From Catajapyx aquilonaris (Eukaryota): a DNA stretch of 64,000 nt. Made by a program: the position numbers and the translations under genes. The notes under the pieces are model-generated. The model ran no database searches. It saw only the letters and a list, made by a program, of their open reading frames with translations, and was not told the origin of the DNA. The DNA lies in NCBI GenBank assembly GCA_000934665.2, contig JYFJ02000564.1:1-64000 (forward strand). Reading direction: 5' to 3'. This document shows, one piece after another, positions 12,840 to 24,992 of the stretch (its first letter is position 1; the number at the start of each line of letters is the position of its first letter).

Positions 12840-15800
12840 ATGGCGTTGGACTTCGGTGCTTCGCTGGCCAAGTACCTGCTATGTCTCTTCAACTTCGTCT
12901 TTTTTGTGAGTATTTCTTTCAACACCCTATGTCACAATGGATGGGATGACCTTCGAGTGTCATCGGGGTCTTTCCGGCTAGAGGAGGGGGAAAAAATCAA
13001 GGACTTGTTGTGTACCTTGATTTGATATGGGCGTAATTGAGGAACTGCAGAGGATAATCTCCCACGATTTGTTTTGATGGGCTTGTTTTTGTTGACCGTC
13101 CCAGTAATTGGGTTTAGAACAGCTTTTGCCCCTGCCGGATATGCTTCTCTGCAGAAGCTCTTGGGTTACCTAACAGGTCAGGAAAGTAGAGGTCATTTTT
13201 ATCTAGAGTGCTTCTGGCGGCATACGCTAATTAATTTAATTGTTCTTGCTGGTAATGTGCGCGTTTCTATATGAAATACTTCCGGTTTGTATGATTCATG
13301 CCAATATTTTATGCGTCACCTTTGTTCAACACTGCAGAAATGGTGACTACCACTATGTACAATAATTGGGCACCCATTAGCTGAAGAGGATTTTTCGGAG
13401 GGGCCAAATGGCACAAAAGCGATGAGCACGCGAATTTTTCCTTGGTCACGCCCTGATTCGCGCGTAGAATCGCGCGCCAATCAGCACGTGGTAACTCGAG
13501 TGTGTGCTTGGGCACCGTACATCATATGACGCAAAAAGAAGGTAGCATAAAAGGAGAACATGGGGAGCTAGCTGTCATTATATGAAGGTCATTGCCCTCA
13601 GGACGCTATCGGGAAAATGGATTTTTGGCAGGTCGAACAGGTAAAGGGGGGTGGATTTACCTGCCCTTTTTTGCTGGGTTGATGGCTTGGAAGGGGGCGG
13701 GGGTGGTAAAGCGCGCGGTCTTGTCAACTGTGCCTCTAGGGTTACTATACGGATAGTTCACCTCTATTTGCATTGTCCCGGATGAAAGGGACATGATGTC
13801 ATGACAAAAACTTGGGAGGGGGGGGGGGGAAGGTTCTTAATCAATGTGATTGCTTCCGGATTTTCAAGTCCTGAGGGATTTTTGTTGGGGGTTTTCTGGA
13901 GGGATGGGATGTGATGAATTGGCCTATTTTGAGTGGATGGGGTTAGTGACATGTCGCTGGATGGCTACCCGTACTTGTTATCTTGATCACTCGGAGTCGC
14001 TGAACTGTACTGGCAGAAATAGGCCTTGGAATTATTTACAGGGGTCTATTGCGGTTGCAGCACTCGTGACAGGCAGAGACTCCGGAGAGTCTAAACTGTA
14101 GCCTACAGTGAAATATTTGGGTATCGGCCAGAGGATATCCCGAGCTTTCATTTTCTTTGTAATTTTTTTTCACTTTTGTTGGAAAACGCTGCCGTTAGCG
14201 CAGTTCCTTGTTAGTTGAATCTTTTGTTGAGCCATTATCTTGATTGTGTCCTCGAGGCCGAGACTGTACTGAGATAACGTGTGACACATCCGCTTCTCAT
14301 GTGCCGGCCAACTATTGGAAGCCCTTGCTGGTCAATAAGCCGCCCAAAAAAATATGCAAATCCAATCAATTCGTAATAACGTAACGATCTGGGTCAACGT
14401 TCCGTGACTCGTTTTTGATTACTTTTTCCGACTCTTTCTAGAACTTTTTTCTTTGTAACTTCAGCAACTTCAGCAATGTGGGTTAGCATGATATTAAGTT
14501 CTGACCACGCGTGGAATTTGGCAAAATATATTCCAGGGAGTGCCATTGATTATTTCCTAGCCGCGACCCATCAATCAAAAAATAGTAGCAGAATAGCGAT
14601 GAGCTTGAGGAGTGGTAGCACCAAGAAGATTGGATCAATGATGGTTCCTGGCACTGGAGGCTTACAACCACTTCTTGGGTCAATGCTTCTTCTTCTTCGC
14701 AACCCACAGAGAACCATATTTGGAGCTCCCATGCGTACACTCCTCGAGGCCAATTGGCCACACCATCAGCGAAAAACATGGGAAAAATGGCAAGTGTTCC
14801 GTGTTGTGATAGTCTCATTGAACGCGTATTTTTGTCTCGGGGGTAAGAAAGCAGCGTTAGGAAACTTGGGCTGTATTTCCCCCCCTCCAGTGAGGTCAGT
14901 GACACAATTGGACGTGTGACGTGTGAGATATTCCTGACCTTTTTCTTAGAAGGGAGGAAGTTCATGGGAGTGGTTTGGAAGTGTACGGCTTTTATTGAAC
15001 ACATTTTGCATCGGAATTAAATCGTGCTGGCAGGGCATTAGGTAACCCAAGAGAATGACGAAATCACTTGTCAGCGGGCAGTTCTTGGCACTTCATTGAA
15101 TTGTATGCCACCGGAACACATGTATTATGCGGGATTGCGTCCGTACAGTGTATGCGCATTAATGCGAGAATGTTCAGAGCACGTGAAGGAGAGTCATGTC
15201 GCGTGCGTACGTACTGTAATAAGAGATCAATGAATAGGGGCCAGTCATTTAGTTAAAATGTACCATGGAGACCTTTGTGAGGGTCTGGGTCGATTTGATG
15301 ACATGGTGTTGTATTTCAGTTGGGAGGCGCGGTGATGCTGAGCATAGGAGTATGGCTGGCTGTGGACAAGTCGTCCTTCATCATGCTGACCAAGATCAGC
15401 GAAGAGCAGAATCTTAAGTACTTGAGCCAGCCTTCGGTCATTGAGCAAGGGGCCTACATCCTCATTGCTGCTGGAGCCTTTGTATTCATCATCAGCTTCC
15501 TCGGATATTGTGGGGCTGTCAAGGAGTCGCGGTTTCTTCTCACTGCTGTACGTCATGTTCCATCACTTATATGACAAAATGTGTATATTTGATAAATGCA
15601 ATGTTCACTTTTTGACAGTATGGCATGTTCCTGGTGATAATCTTGGCTCTGGAGGTGGCTGCTGGTGTGCTGGCTGCAATGTACAAGGCGGAGGTCAGTG
15701 AGTCACCCATGCAGATGACTCTGTTTGTGAAACAGGCGATAAGGAGCAATTGCCTTCAATTGTGCATTTCCTTCCCTTCCAGGCGGAAAGGGAAACCAGG

Positions 15801-16933
15801 GAGTTCCTCAAGTACACGCTGAGAGAGTATTACACGGTGAAGGATCAGGCTGATGCTGTAACAATTGCTTGGGATTTGATGATGACAGAGGTTTGTTGAT
15901 TGCATTTTTGATGGATATGAACTATTTTACTCGAAGAATTTATACTCGCAAATCAGGATGTACCCGGTAGCATCTGTAACTTTCTAAATGTGTGCAAAAT
16001 TTAGCACTGTGGGTGGTTGTGAGCATGAAAATACGGACTAGCAAGTGCCATTTGTGGGCTCTCTTTTTTTTTGATCCCATTCTGTTCTTTTCCGCGGTTG
16101 ATTCTCTTCAATGGGAAACGACGCCTTTCCCGGTAACTAATGGCCCAGATTCGTTGGTGTGTGACTGCGCTTTTGGTGGAGTCCACAGAAACTGTATCAA
16201 ATTGTTAGAAAGTGTTGGGATGTGTTTAATTACCCATTGCATATGCTTTTATCCCGATTTAGCTCCGATGTTGCGGAGTGAACAACTTCACGGATTTTTA
16301 CACAGCCAAAAAGTGGATGGCAAGCCGGAAAGCAGAACCTTTTCCCCAGTCGTGCTGCAAACCCCAAACTGCCGATTACCTGAAGCTCACCAACTGCACC
16401 GATGCCCCAACTGACTACAATTCTAATCGTAACACGGTTCGTAAAGAAGTGGGGCAGAAATGGATCATTCTTACTAATCCGCTGCACTTGACCCTAACTC
16501 CCTTTCTGACAATGATTGGACTGGGGATGTCGCCAAAAAGAGAAGGAACCCAGAAATAATTTTTTTCCCCCCATCATTTTGCAACATTTAAAAATATTTT
16601 TTAGTTTGGTATTAACAAAATCATACTGAGGAAAATTATTGTGCAGGTTTGTGTCCCAAGTTCCTCCAGACATGAGGTATTTCTGTTTGCTTGTATTATT
16701 TTGCATGATTTGCAAATTCCTTGTGGAAGCCAAGGTGTGGGGAAAACTACTAGGGAATTAGTGTATGCTAAATTAATTGTTTTTTTCAGGGCTGTTACTC
16801 GAGCCTGCTGGAATGGGTGAGGAGACATGCCAACATTGTGATTGGAGTGGGCGTGGGAGTCGGTCTCCTGCAGCTGTTTGGGATCATCCTGGCCTTCTGT
16901 CTCTGTAAGGCAATTGATAGTGACATCAAGTAA
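12840..16933 (+). CDS. Tetraspanin family protein, 264 aa, 6 coding exons
   Basis: Exons 12840-12905, 15320-15547, 15619-15693, 15783-15890, 16263-16436, 16790-16933, all GT-AG, 795 nt. Motifs KYLLCLFNFVF, FLGYCGAVKES, CCG, PQSCC, GCY and four hydrophobic segments. AATAAA at 18241. Confidence 0.95.
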
Positions 16934-18598
16934 GATGCTCCCCCTTCCAATCCCCTGATTCTAATGTCTCTCCTGCCAATTTCCCCCACCAACACCTAAC
17001 AGGAACACTGAACATGGGATAAAAAAAGAAAAGGGGTGAAGACACAAAAGAGTCTTCGCATTTTGCCAATTGATGAAGACCTCAAATCCTGTCGTTACAA
17101 AAAGGCGAATTTTTTTGTGCTTTCTTTTGTGCCCATGTGTAAAGACAGAGTACAACGGAGGAGAGTTATAGGTAATGGTAGAATACGTGAGAAGTGTCGA
17201 GTAGCCAAAGCTCAGGGGTCACACTCTGTTTTTACTCATATTTTCAAATGGGGGATTTTTCTTTTTTGTCTTATTCAGACTCAAGACGTCCTGCTTTTAC
17301 TCAAGTGCAGGCAAAAATAACCAAAGGTTGCGTTTTCAAGTTGGCCAGAACTCGACCATTTGTCGCTGTTTTCCAATGTGTCCTATGTAGTTTTGTCGTT
17401 TGTGGCCATCCTTTTTTTTAGTGAGGGTAGCCAGTCAGCAGTGTTAGCTGTCAAGAGATAGTGAAGGTGGGAGAGTGGAAGATTGAATCTCTTTTATGCG
17501 TTTTTAAGCATCTTTTTATGTCGCATGGATTCAAGAATCTCCTTTATTGCCAACACATTTAATCCTCAAAGAAGGGCTTTGTTGAGATTAACATGATCCA
17601 GTAAGTGTGAACAACTAGTGTGGCGACTCATTTTGAGATGTCGCATGGAAATATGCTTTCGGATCAAGTCCACCCATATTTTCATATCGAAAGTCGTACC
17701 TTTCTGATCCCCTACTTTTTTGCCCTCGCATGAGCAGCTTTTTCTGCATCAAAACACAAAAGCAGATGTGACCAGAAGCCACAACTTTTTGGCTTCAGTC
17801 TGCTCTGAATGCCACCCATTTTCTTTGGCAATCAGATGACAAAAAGTATATACAACCCTTGTCCATACTGTACATAATGTACCTAATTGTACTGTGATTG
17901 TAGTCGCCATTTTAAGAGCAATGTTTTTATCTGTCTAAGGTGTAATAAGTTACATGATGTCCCACTCAATACAAGAATCAGTATTTGGTTTGCGGGCCAA
18001 AAGGTAAAAGAAACCAAGCCAATCAAATGGGAGGGGGATGGACTGGGAAGGAACTCCAATTTTTTTCAGTTCTCCCTACGTCAGTGTCTCAATGCGTTTT
18101 AAATGGACTTGGTGTTGTGACTTTGGTAAGTGGAACCCTCCCCCAAAAAAAAAGAAAAAAAAAAAGCACCCAAAAAATACCGATGTTCAGTGTAAATGAT
18201 GTGGTAAAGGTAGTCGAGGCAGTCTTTAGAGACTGCCACAAATAAATGTTTCGCTGGGCATTGAACTGTTTTAATTGACAACCCTCAGTGTTGCATTACA
18301 GTTGTCATACATCATCATCTTGAGAGAATCTCCAAACAACTTCGCTTGCTTAGGAAGTTTGTGATGAGAAGAGTGCTTGCTAGGTTTTGTCTCTTGAGAA
18401 GTCTGGTCACTATAACATAATTGACTTCCATTTCACTTGTAAAGCTGACTTAGTCAACATCACAGCAAAAGGCGCTGAGAAATTAAACAGTAATAACGTT
18501 GAAAATTAGGCAAGTACTTTTCTTTTCAGAGTAAGGGACACACCCAAAATATTTTGAAGTGGGCATTTCAAGTCTGTGATAATATATTACAACATACA

Positions 18599-19175
18599 CA
18601 GGGTAATCCAACTTTATTGCCCCAACAGTTATTGTAAAAATGGTGTAAGCTGCTACTTTTTAAGCAGCTACTTGCTAAGAGTTACTTTCTCAAGTATCCG
18701 GAATAGCACCTGCTGATATTAGGTCCAATGCCCATGTACCAATTAATTACCTATTCATTGACACAACCGGGTCTGTCTGGTTTGAAGGATTAGCCCTCTG
18801 ATTGGCAGCTAGTGACCTCATCTGAATCCCTCCAGCGAACACCAAAATGGGCTCTTTTGAAGGCCAACACATGAATCAGTTTGGAGATGAGGAAATAAAA
18901 GGGATGATGACAGGCACATGGGCACCTTTCCATTTCAGGGTCGCAACAGCTCGCATCCGACCTCATGCGATTAACCCATTTGGCCAGTCACAACCCCAGC
19001 GGCGCAGCAGACGACCTGTTTCCCACGGACGACCATTTTCTCTCTCATTAATTGGATAATATTAGGCATTGGACTAATCTCAGCAGGTGCTATTCCAGAT
19101 ACTTGACAAAGTAACTCTTAGCTGCTTATGCAATTTTTCCAATAACTGTTGGGGCGATAAAGTTGGATCACCCTG
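18599..19175. mobile_element. Tc1/mariner-type MITE with long TIRs (CAGGG...CCCTG)
   Basis: cagggtaatccaactttattgccccaacagttattg...gaatagcacctgctga matches the reverse complement of tcagcaggtgctattc...caataactgttggggcgataaagttggatcaccctg; TA on the right flank. Lies between the converging tetraspanin and ankyrin/SOCS genes. Confidence 0.85.
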
Positions 19176-19456
19176 TATATCAAATGAAACATTCAATTAT
19201 TTTTCAGTCGCATTAAAGGCAAGAGTGGACTTGGCTGAGTGACTCTCCACCCTCTTCACATGAGGCAAAAATACACTACAAGAATGATTATTATTGTATA
19301 ATATAACAACTGACACCCCAACACTAATAATTATGATTCAGCCATGATTGAAACCACCAAATAGCCCAATCCTTGGTGCCTTTCAACATTAACCATTGAA
19401 TAATCTCATTGATAACAGATGTTATATCACAACACAAGGGACGGGGGAAAAATAGG

Positions 19457-22400
19457 TTACCACTTGTAGCCTATAAACTCGACAACAATATTAGGAAGAT
19501 TGAGCTTCTGAGCTGCTCGAACAGTTTGCGTACCAAACCGTTGCCACATCGCCTTCCTGCATAATTCTTGTAATAGTGGCACCCTTCTCTGTCTGGCACT
19601 CTGGACAGCCTCCCTCGCTTCAACTTTCCCAACTTCTAGAAATTCATTTGGCAATTCCTTTGGGTTGCCCCCAGCAGACAACAAAACCCGCACAATGTCT
19701 CCACTTCCGCCACCCTTGATCAGTGTTGCCAATGGACTCAACCCTAACTCATCACGAGTGTCCACAGGGCATCCAGCTCGAACCAACATTCCCACTGAAC
19801 GCTCATCAGGCGGTGCCATGGTTGCTAGGTGCAGTGCTGTCTGTCCTAAAGGTGTAGTCCCTTCCACTTGGCAGCCTGCATCTAGAATTTCATCCAATGC
19901 AGCCCATTTTGACAGTGAGGCAGGGCGTCCAGCAAGGTAGTGTAATGCCTGGCGCCCTTGATGGTTGACGGCATCAAGTGTCGCCTGGCGGCCTTGAGTA
20001 GCTGCAACCATTTGACGAAATAGGGTTGCATCAAGATCTGAGGCAGCTGATGCATAGTGGAGGGCAGTGTTTCCAGAGGAGTCCACATGAGACACACATG
20101 CTGAATGGTCCAAAAGGTAGTGGGCCACCAGAGGATTCTTATAGCAGACACTGTGCATCAGGGGTGTTCGGAAAGAGTTGTCATGCAAGTTTACTGATGC
20201 ACCACTTTCAACCAGTAAACGGACCATTTCTAATGGACGAAAAACATGAACAAAATAACATTAGAAAAAACCTCATAATAAATCTCGTCTGCTTGATGTA
20301 AATGTAAAAATAAACATGTGGAGGAGGGTCGCCCAAGCGGCAGGTGCTGCAGGCCGACAAGTCTAAATAAAGCAAAAAACAAAAATTCTCGTCTGCCCTG
20401 CTGCTCAATCTACTGCCTCAGGAAAAATGTACATAGCCATGCTAAAGAATGGAGCTGAAAACTGCAACACAGCCTATTTACAGGATAACTGCAGAGCTTG
20501 GTGCATTCCATGGTAGTGACTGATGCTACGCATTTTGAGTACAGTACATGACAGTGCCATTCAGGGCAACCATTTTGGAATGAGTGAAATTTGTAACCAA
20601 TTTGACATGAACTTTGTTTCAGTCCATATAATATTATTTGGCCGCACTATTCAAAAATATCTCCATGAAACCACAACATGCGGGCGGGACCCCCCCCACC
20701 GCACCATCATCCTAAGAAGGCCCGAGCCTGACGCGCTTGGAGCTGTTGGATGCTGCATGCTGGACACTCGGAGATGGACAACACTGGAGCTTGCTTTCGA
20801 GTGTGGGACACGTCAGAGCACTATGACCGGAGCCATGTGTCATCCATATCCACAAACCGTTTGAAAAACGATTGCCCTCAATGCAATCGAGTTCCAAGGG
20901 AGGGCAAAATGGTGACTCTTCTGCACCTCAGAGAGATGGTGGAGGAACCAGTGAAGATGCCAACTTCCAGAGACCTTTCAGTTTTTTAGAGTCCTAAGCA
21001 TAGTGCTCTGACTTGTGCCACACTCGAAAGCAAGCCGATGGCTGATAATGGGGTATGAATGAATGAATTAACTCGGGCAGTGGGTTGCGCATGTTGTGGT
21101 TTCATGGAGAGCTCATATTTTTGAATAGTACGGCCAAATAATGTTATATGGACTGAAACAAAGTACCATGCGTCAATCATAAATGTATCTTTTGATCTAA
21201 AATCTGAGAGCCTCTTGGAACAGCTTTTGTACTTTTACCATAATTAATTACAGAATTTACAGAAAAGTCAAACCAAAAGTGAAACTACCTCAGGTCAGTC
21301 CATAAAAGAAAACCATGCATATTCCAGTTAACTCAAATAATAATTGATACATACTTCCAGTTTCTTTATGAACCAAACATCCATTATAATGGTTTCTTAC
21401 CTATAAGTGATAACTATAATATAAAACTCTCACAACAAGATGATTAGGTCATGGTCATATCCTGGCCATCCTGTCCTTGGACACCAGTAATTATTCAGAA
21501 GCTTTCCTCGCCATGACTAATTACCTGATAAGTAGCATCTGTACTGTACATCCCCAGACAAGGACATACACCACAACACTATGGTCTGTAATTGCTAGGT
21601 GGATCATCCCCATTGCATCTACCACTGCCTAATTGACTGCTATGCCTTTACAGACTTTACGTCATTTAGTATCAAATAGCATGTGAAATTCTCGTAAAAT
21701 GTTAAAAATAAATCAATGCTCATGAAAGAATATGTCTAGTGTGAGTGGGCCAGCTGGTACGTTTTCCACTGGTTTTTTTCTTCCTCTAATCAGTCTCATG
21801 TTTGGCTGAAATTAAGCATGAAAACATCAAGTAGTTTCTTCAAGCAGTGACAACCATCTCTTGTGCACTGCTACTGTACAGTACCACATATGAGTCTGTG
21901 AACCAAGAAACTTCATTCGGGTTGGTTGGAAGGAAGCAAATTATGCATAATAAGGGTGGTGGAATGCAGCTAATGCACACTTTCTGCATGGCACATTTGC
22001 CCAGCTTCCCTATCATGGATCCATGCTTTGCATTCCATTCCCAGTCCTCTGACCCTATCATTCCACAACACTTGCTGCCATGCTTCCTCCCACACAATGG
22101 ATGACAATTGAGAATAGTTGCCTGGAGAGAGAAGCCTGTCAGTTTCGCAGGCTGCTCAAATGTGGTAGAGTAAATGTCATTAAGCAGCACATGTGATTAT
22201 TATGATGGGTATTAAGGTCAGTCACAAATCAGTGTGCTGGCACAGAAGGGCTGCCTCATTGGAAAAAATTCAGCTGAAGGCAGTGCCTTCTCATATTTGT
22301 TTGCACAAAAGTGACAATGAACCATGCACATGCAGAACACTCAAATAGCCCCATGGCATGATTAACTCTCATCCCAAGTGACATTTCTGACCATTTTGGC

Positions 22401-23108
22401 ACATGTTTGGTGTCCTTGTTCACAAACTTAGCTACAGGAAGGTCTTCTCTGGATCAGCTTCATGGATGACATGAAGTACCCTCTCCTGTATGTATTCTTA
22501 ATCTGTTCAATTGAACTGTGACAGTCTGCATGATTGAAGCAGGCACTTGGCTTGGCAAGAATTCAAGGTGATGACACTCCAATAATAGATATAATTTATG
22601 ATGAGGCCTACTTAATTTTTGCAATTACATTTTTATGTAGTACTAGCATTTATTTAATATCTTCAAACCACAGGGGGGTAACTGAAATCGTGGATAAGGG
22701 AGGATAGTGTATTACACACAAGCTGCATATAATACCTAGTGATGTACGTTGTGCTGCAAGATGTAGAGGAGTCAATCCCTCTGAGTCATGTATGTCCACA
22801 TGCGCTCTCGCATGGAGCAGCATCCTGGCAATGCTGACATATCCATGGCTGGCAGCAATGTGGAGGGCAGTGCGTCCACTGACATCCACAGCCTGATTAA
22901 TGGAGCATCCCCAGTCCAGGAGGAGCTTTGCCATCTGGAGGTGGCCACACTCGACGCATATGCAAATTGATGGCTTCTTCATGCTGCCTATGCAGAAGCG
23001 AGAGTCACAGTCCACACCTGTTTGAAGCAGCAGTTTGGCCAGAGAGACATCATTGTTGCGGATTGCCAGCAAAAACTGAGCCAACTGGTTCCAGTAGGGG
23101 CCACCCAT
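19457..23108 (-). CDS. Ankyrin repeat and SOCS box protein (ASB-like), 381 aa, 2 coding exons
   Basis: Exons 23108-22736 and 20229-19457 join in phase 1 (RTSL-E-MVRLLV), 1146 nt. Repeated ankyrin motifs (GRTALHIAA, GLTPLHLAA, RTPLMHSV, GNTALHYAS, GQTALHLAT) and a C-terminal SOCS box VPLLQELCRKAM...LNLPNIVVEFI. Confidence 0.93.
20600..21177. mobile_element. MITE-like element with about 80-bp inverted ends in the ankyrin/SOCS gene intron
   Basis: actttgtttcagtccatataatattatttggccgcactattcaaaaatat...ccatgaaaccacaacatgcg is mirrored at about 21088-21165; outer boundaries approximate. Confidence 0.75.
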
Positions 23109-24129
23109 TCTTCAAGTATTAAGGCAACACCTGGAAGATACCTGGAGCATGAGTGTGTGTTTTCTGGCCTTCCTCATTCAGGAAAGTGAAGTTTAATAGA
23201 TGTAGGAAGTTGGAATAAAGCCAAGGCCAGTGCAGGGCAAGATGGGGCTAGTTGATATAAGGGATTGTATGGACATGCAAAATGATGGTCCACGATTGTA
23301 ATGGTGAGATGTACTTTTTTAATGTACAAAAACTGATTCTATTATCAATTAGTGATGCTCTCTCAAAGGATATTATGCAATTCTCTCATGGCCACATGTA
23401 ACCTTAATAAAAAGCACGTTTGCTTTCTTTGAGTACATTACATAATGACTGATCATTACTTGTGCTCAACATACCTGTAAGTTCCGCTCCAAGCAGTGTG
23501 GTAAAGAAGAAATGCTGAGAGGTGATGGTGGAGGAGACTACTAAGGTGGTGCATACAGTGAGCAGCAATAATATTCCCTGTTGTGGTTTCCTTTCCTCCT
23601 ATACTACCTCCCACATCTGCCCTCCCCCTCCCTTATTCCCCCTGGGCTCCCTCCTCCTGCCTGTCGCCTGCTGATGATGGGGCTCTCCTCCTGGTATCCC
23701 TCTCTCAACTGCTGATCCTCGTCATGCTGTTGACTAACTAGTTATCCTTGAACCAGACCTTGGATGGAGGGAGGGGTGCCAGTCCAGCTGCTACCACCAC
23801 ATATCGCCTCGGGTTAGGAGTAAGGGACACGAGGCCTGACGACAACAAGGGCGAGGGCGACGTGTGCTGCGTGTGTACATATCAGCTCTAGGTTGATTCC
23901 ATCACCACCACTGCAAGGAGTCACTCTTAATATAATGACAGATGAGACCGTGGCCCTGAGTCTCTCCTTTCTTCCCACTAGCCCGGTCAGAGGACCCGAG
24001 GCACCAACATGAAGGCCATACTGATTCGTCTCCGCAGTAACCATGAGATGAGTTCCAGCGTGCGATTGAATGAGAGGCGAGGGAGCATCAGCTGGCGGCG
24101 CTGCGGGAGCACTACCTGCTGCAGTCATG

Positions 24130-24620
24130 CATGCGCCCAGAGAGCGCGCGCTCTAGTCAATTATATTGTCCCCCTTGACCCGCAGCTGACGCAGTGCTGC
24201 TGACGACAGTCGCAGCTCAGGCCTTGGAGCACGCCACCAGAATCCTCCCTCCCTGAATCTGATTGTGCCATTTAATTCCGCGCTGTCCACTTGCCACATT
24301 CCTGCGTCACGCTCACGCTCATTCGACCACGAACGAAAATCGTACTGCATCAAACATGGCCGTCTTTCTTTCATGACCTTTTTTGCTCATCATGCTCACT
24401 ATCAATGGTCTATGGATTGCATTTTTCTTCTTGTAGATACTTGTAATTGCATCGAATTGAATATAAAATTGATGGTGCGAGGGTACCGAGCGTGCGTGAT
24501 TGTGTGGGTGCAGATTAGAAGCGAGGAGAGGGCAGAGAAGGTCAGGTCAATGTTCGGTCGGTGTCGCCACCTTCCGTGGAGTGGTGCAGTGACGTCACGT
24601 CCTGTGACCCGTGATTTTTA
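24130..24620. promoter_or_regulatory. Probable bidirectional promoter between the ankyrin/SOCS gene and STAM; CRE palindrome TGACGTCA at 24590-24597
   Basis: The genes are divergently oriented; GC/CpG-richer segments flank the interval; minus-strand donor sites at ~24115 and ~23475 suggest 5' UTR exons of the ankyrin gene reach this region. TSSs are inferred. Confidence 0.5.
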
Positions 24621-24992
24621 GTAAAGGGAGCGTACCACAGTGAGAGTGAGTACACTCATTGTGAGTAATTGAAGGACAGAAGGGGCAGCTAGGTCGAGTC
24701 AGTGGGGGCAGGCAGGAGGACTCGGGACTCACAGCGAGCGTTGCCCATAGCTCGACTGGCTGGTGCGGTGGACGACAAGGGACGGGGACCGCACCTCTGA
24801 GGAGACCAGACGGTGACCGCCTTTCTTGCACTTTCGGGAGGACAATAAAAAGAAGCATTGCGTGTGCGGACGGAGCAGAGAGACAGAAGCCAGCGACGGA
24901 GGGACTGCTGGGAACAACGTTGCCCGTCCTCCGAGACCACCCTCTTCAGTGACTCTGCCAGTTGGGCCCACAGCCCGTGGGCTCCCTTCGAC

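Noticed and set aside
14476..15004. Overlapping 147-aa (+) and 173-aa (-) ORFs in tetraspanin intron 1
   Set aside because: No recognisable motifs and no convincing splice sites linking them to the gene; treated as chance ORFs.
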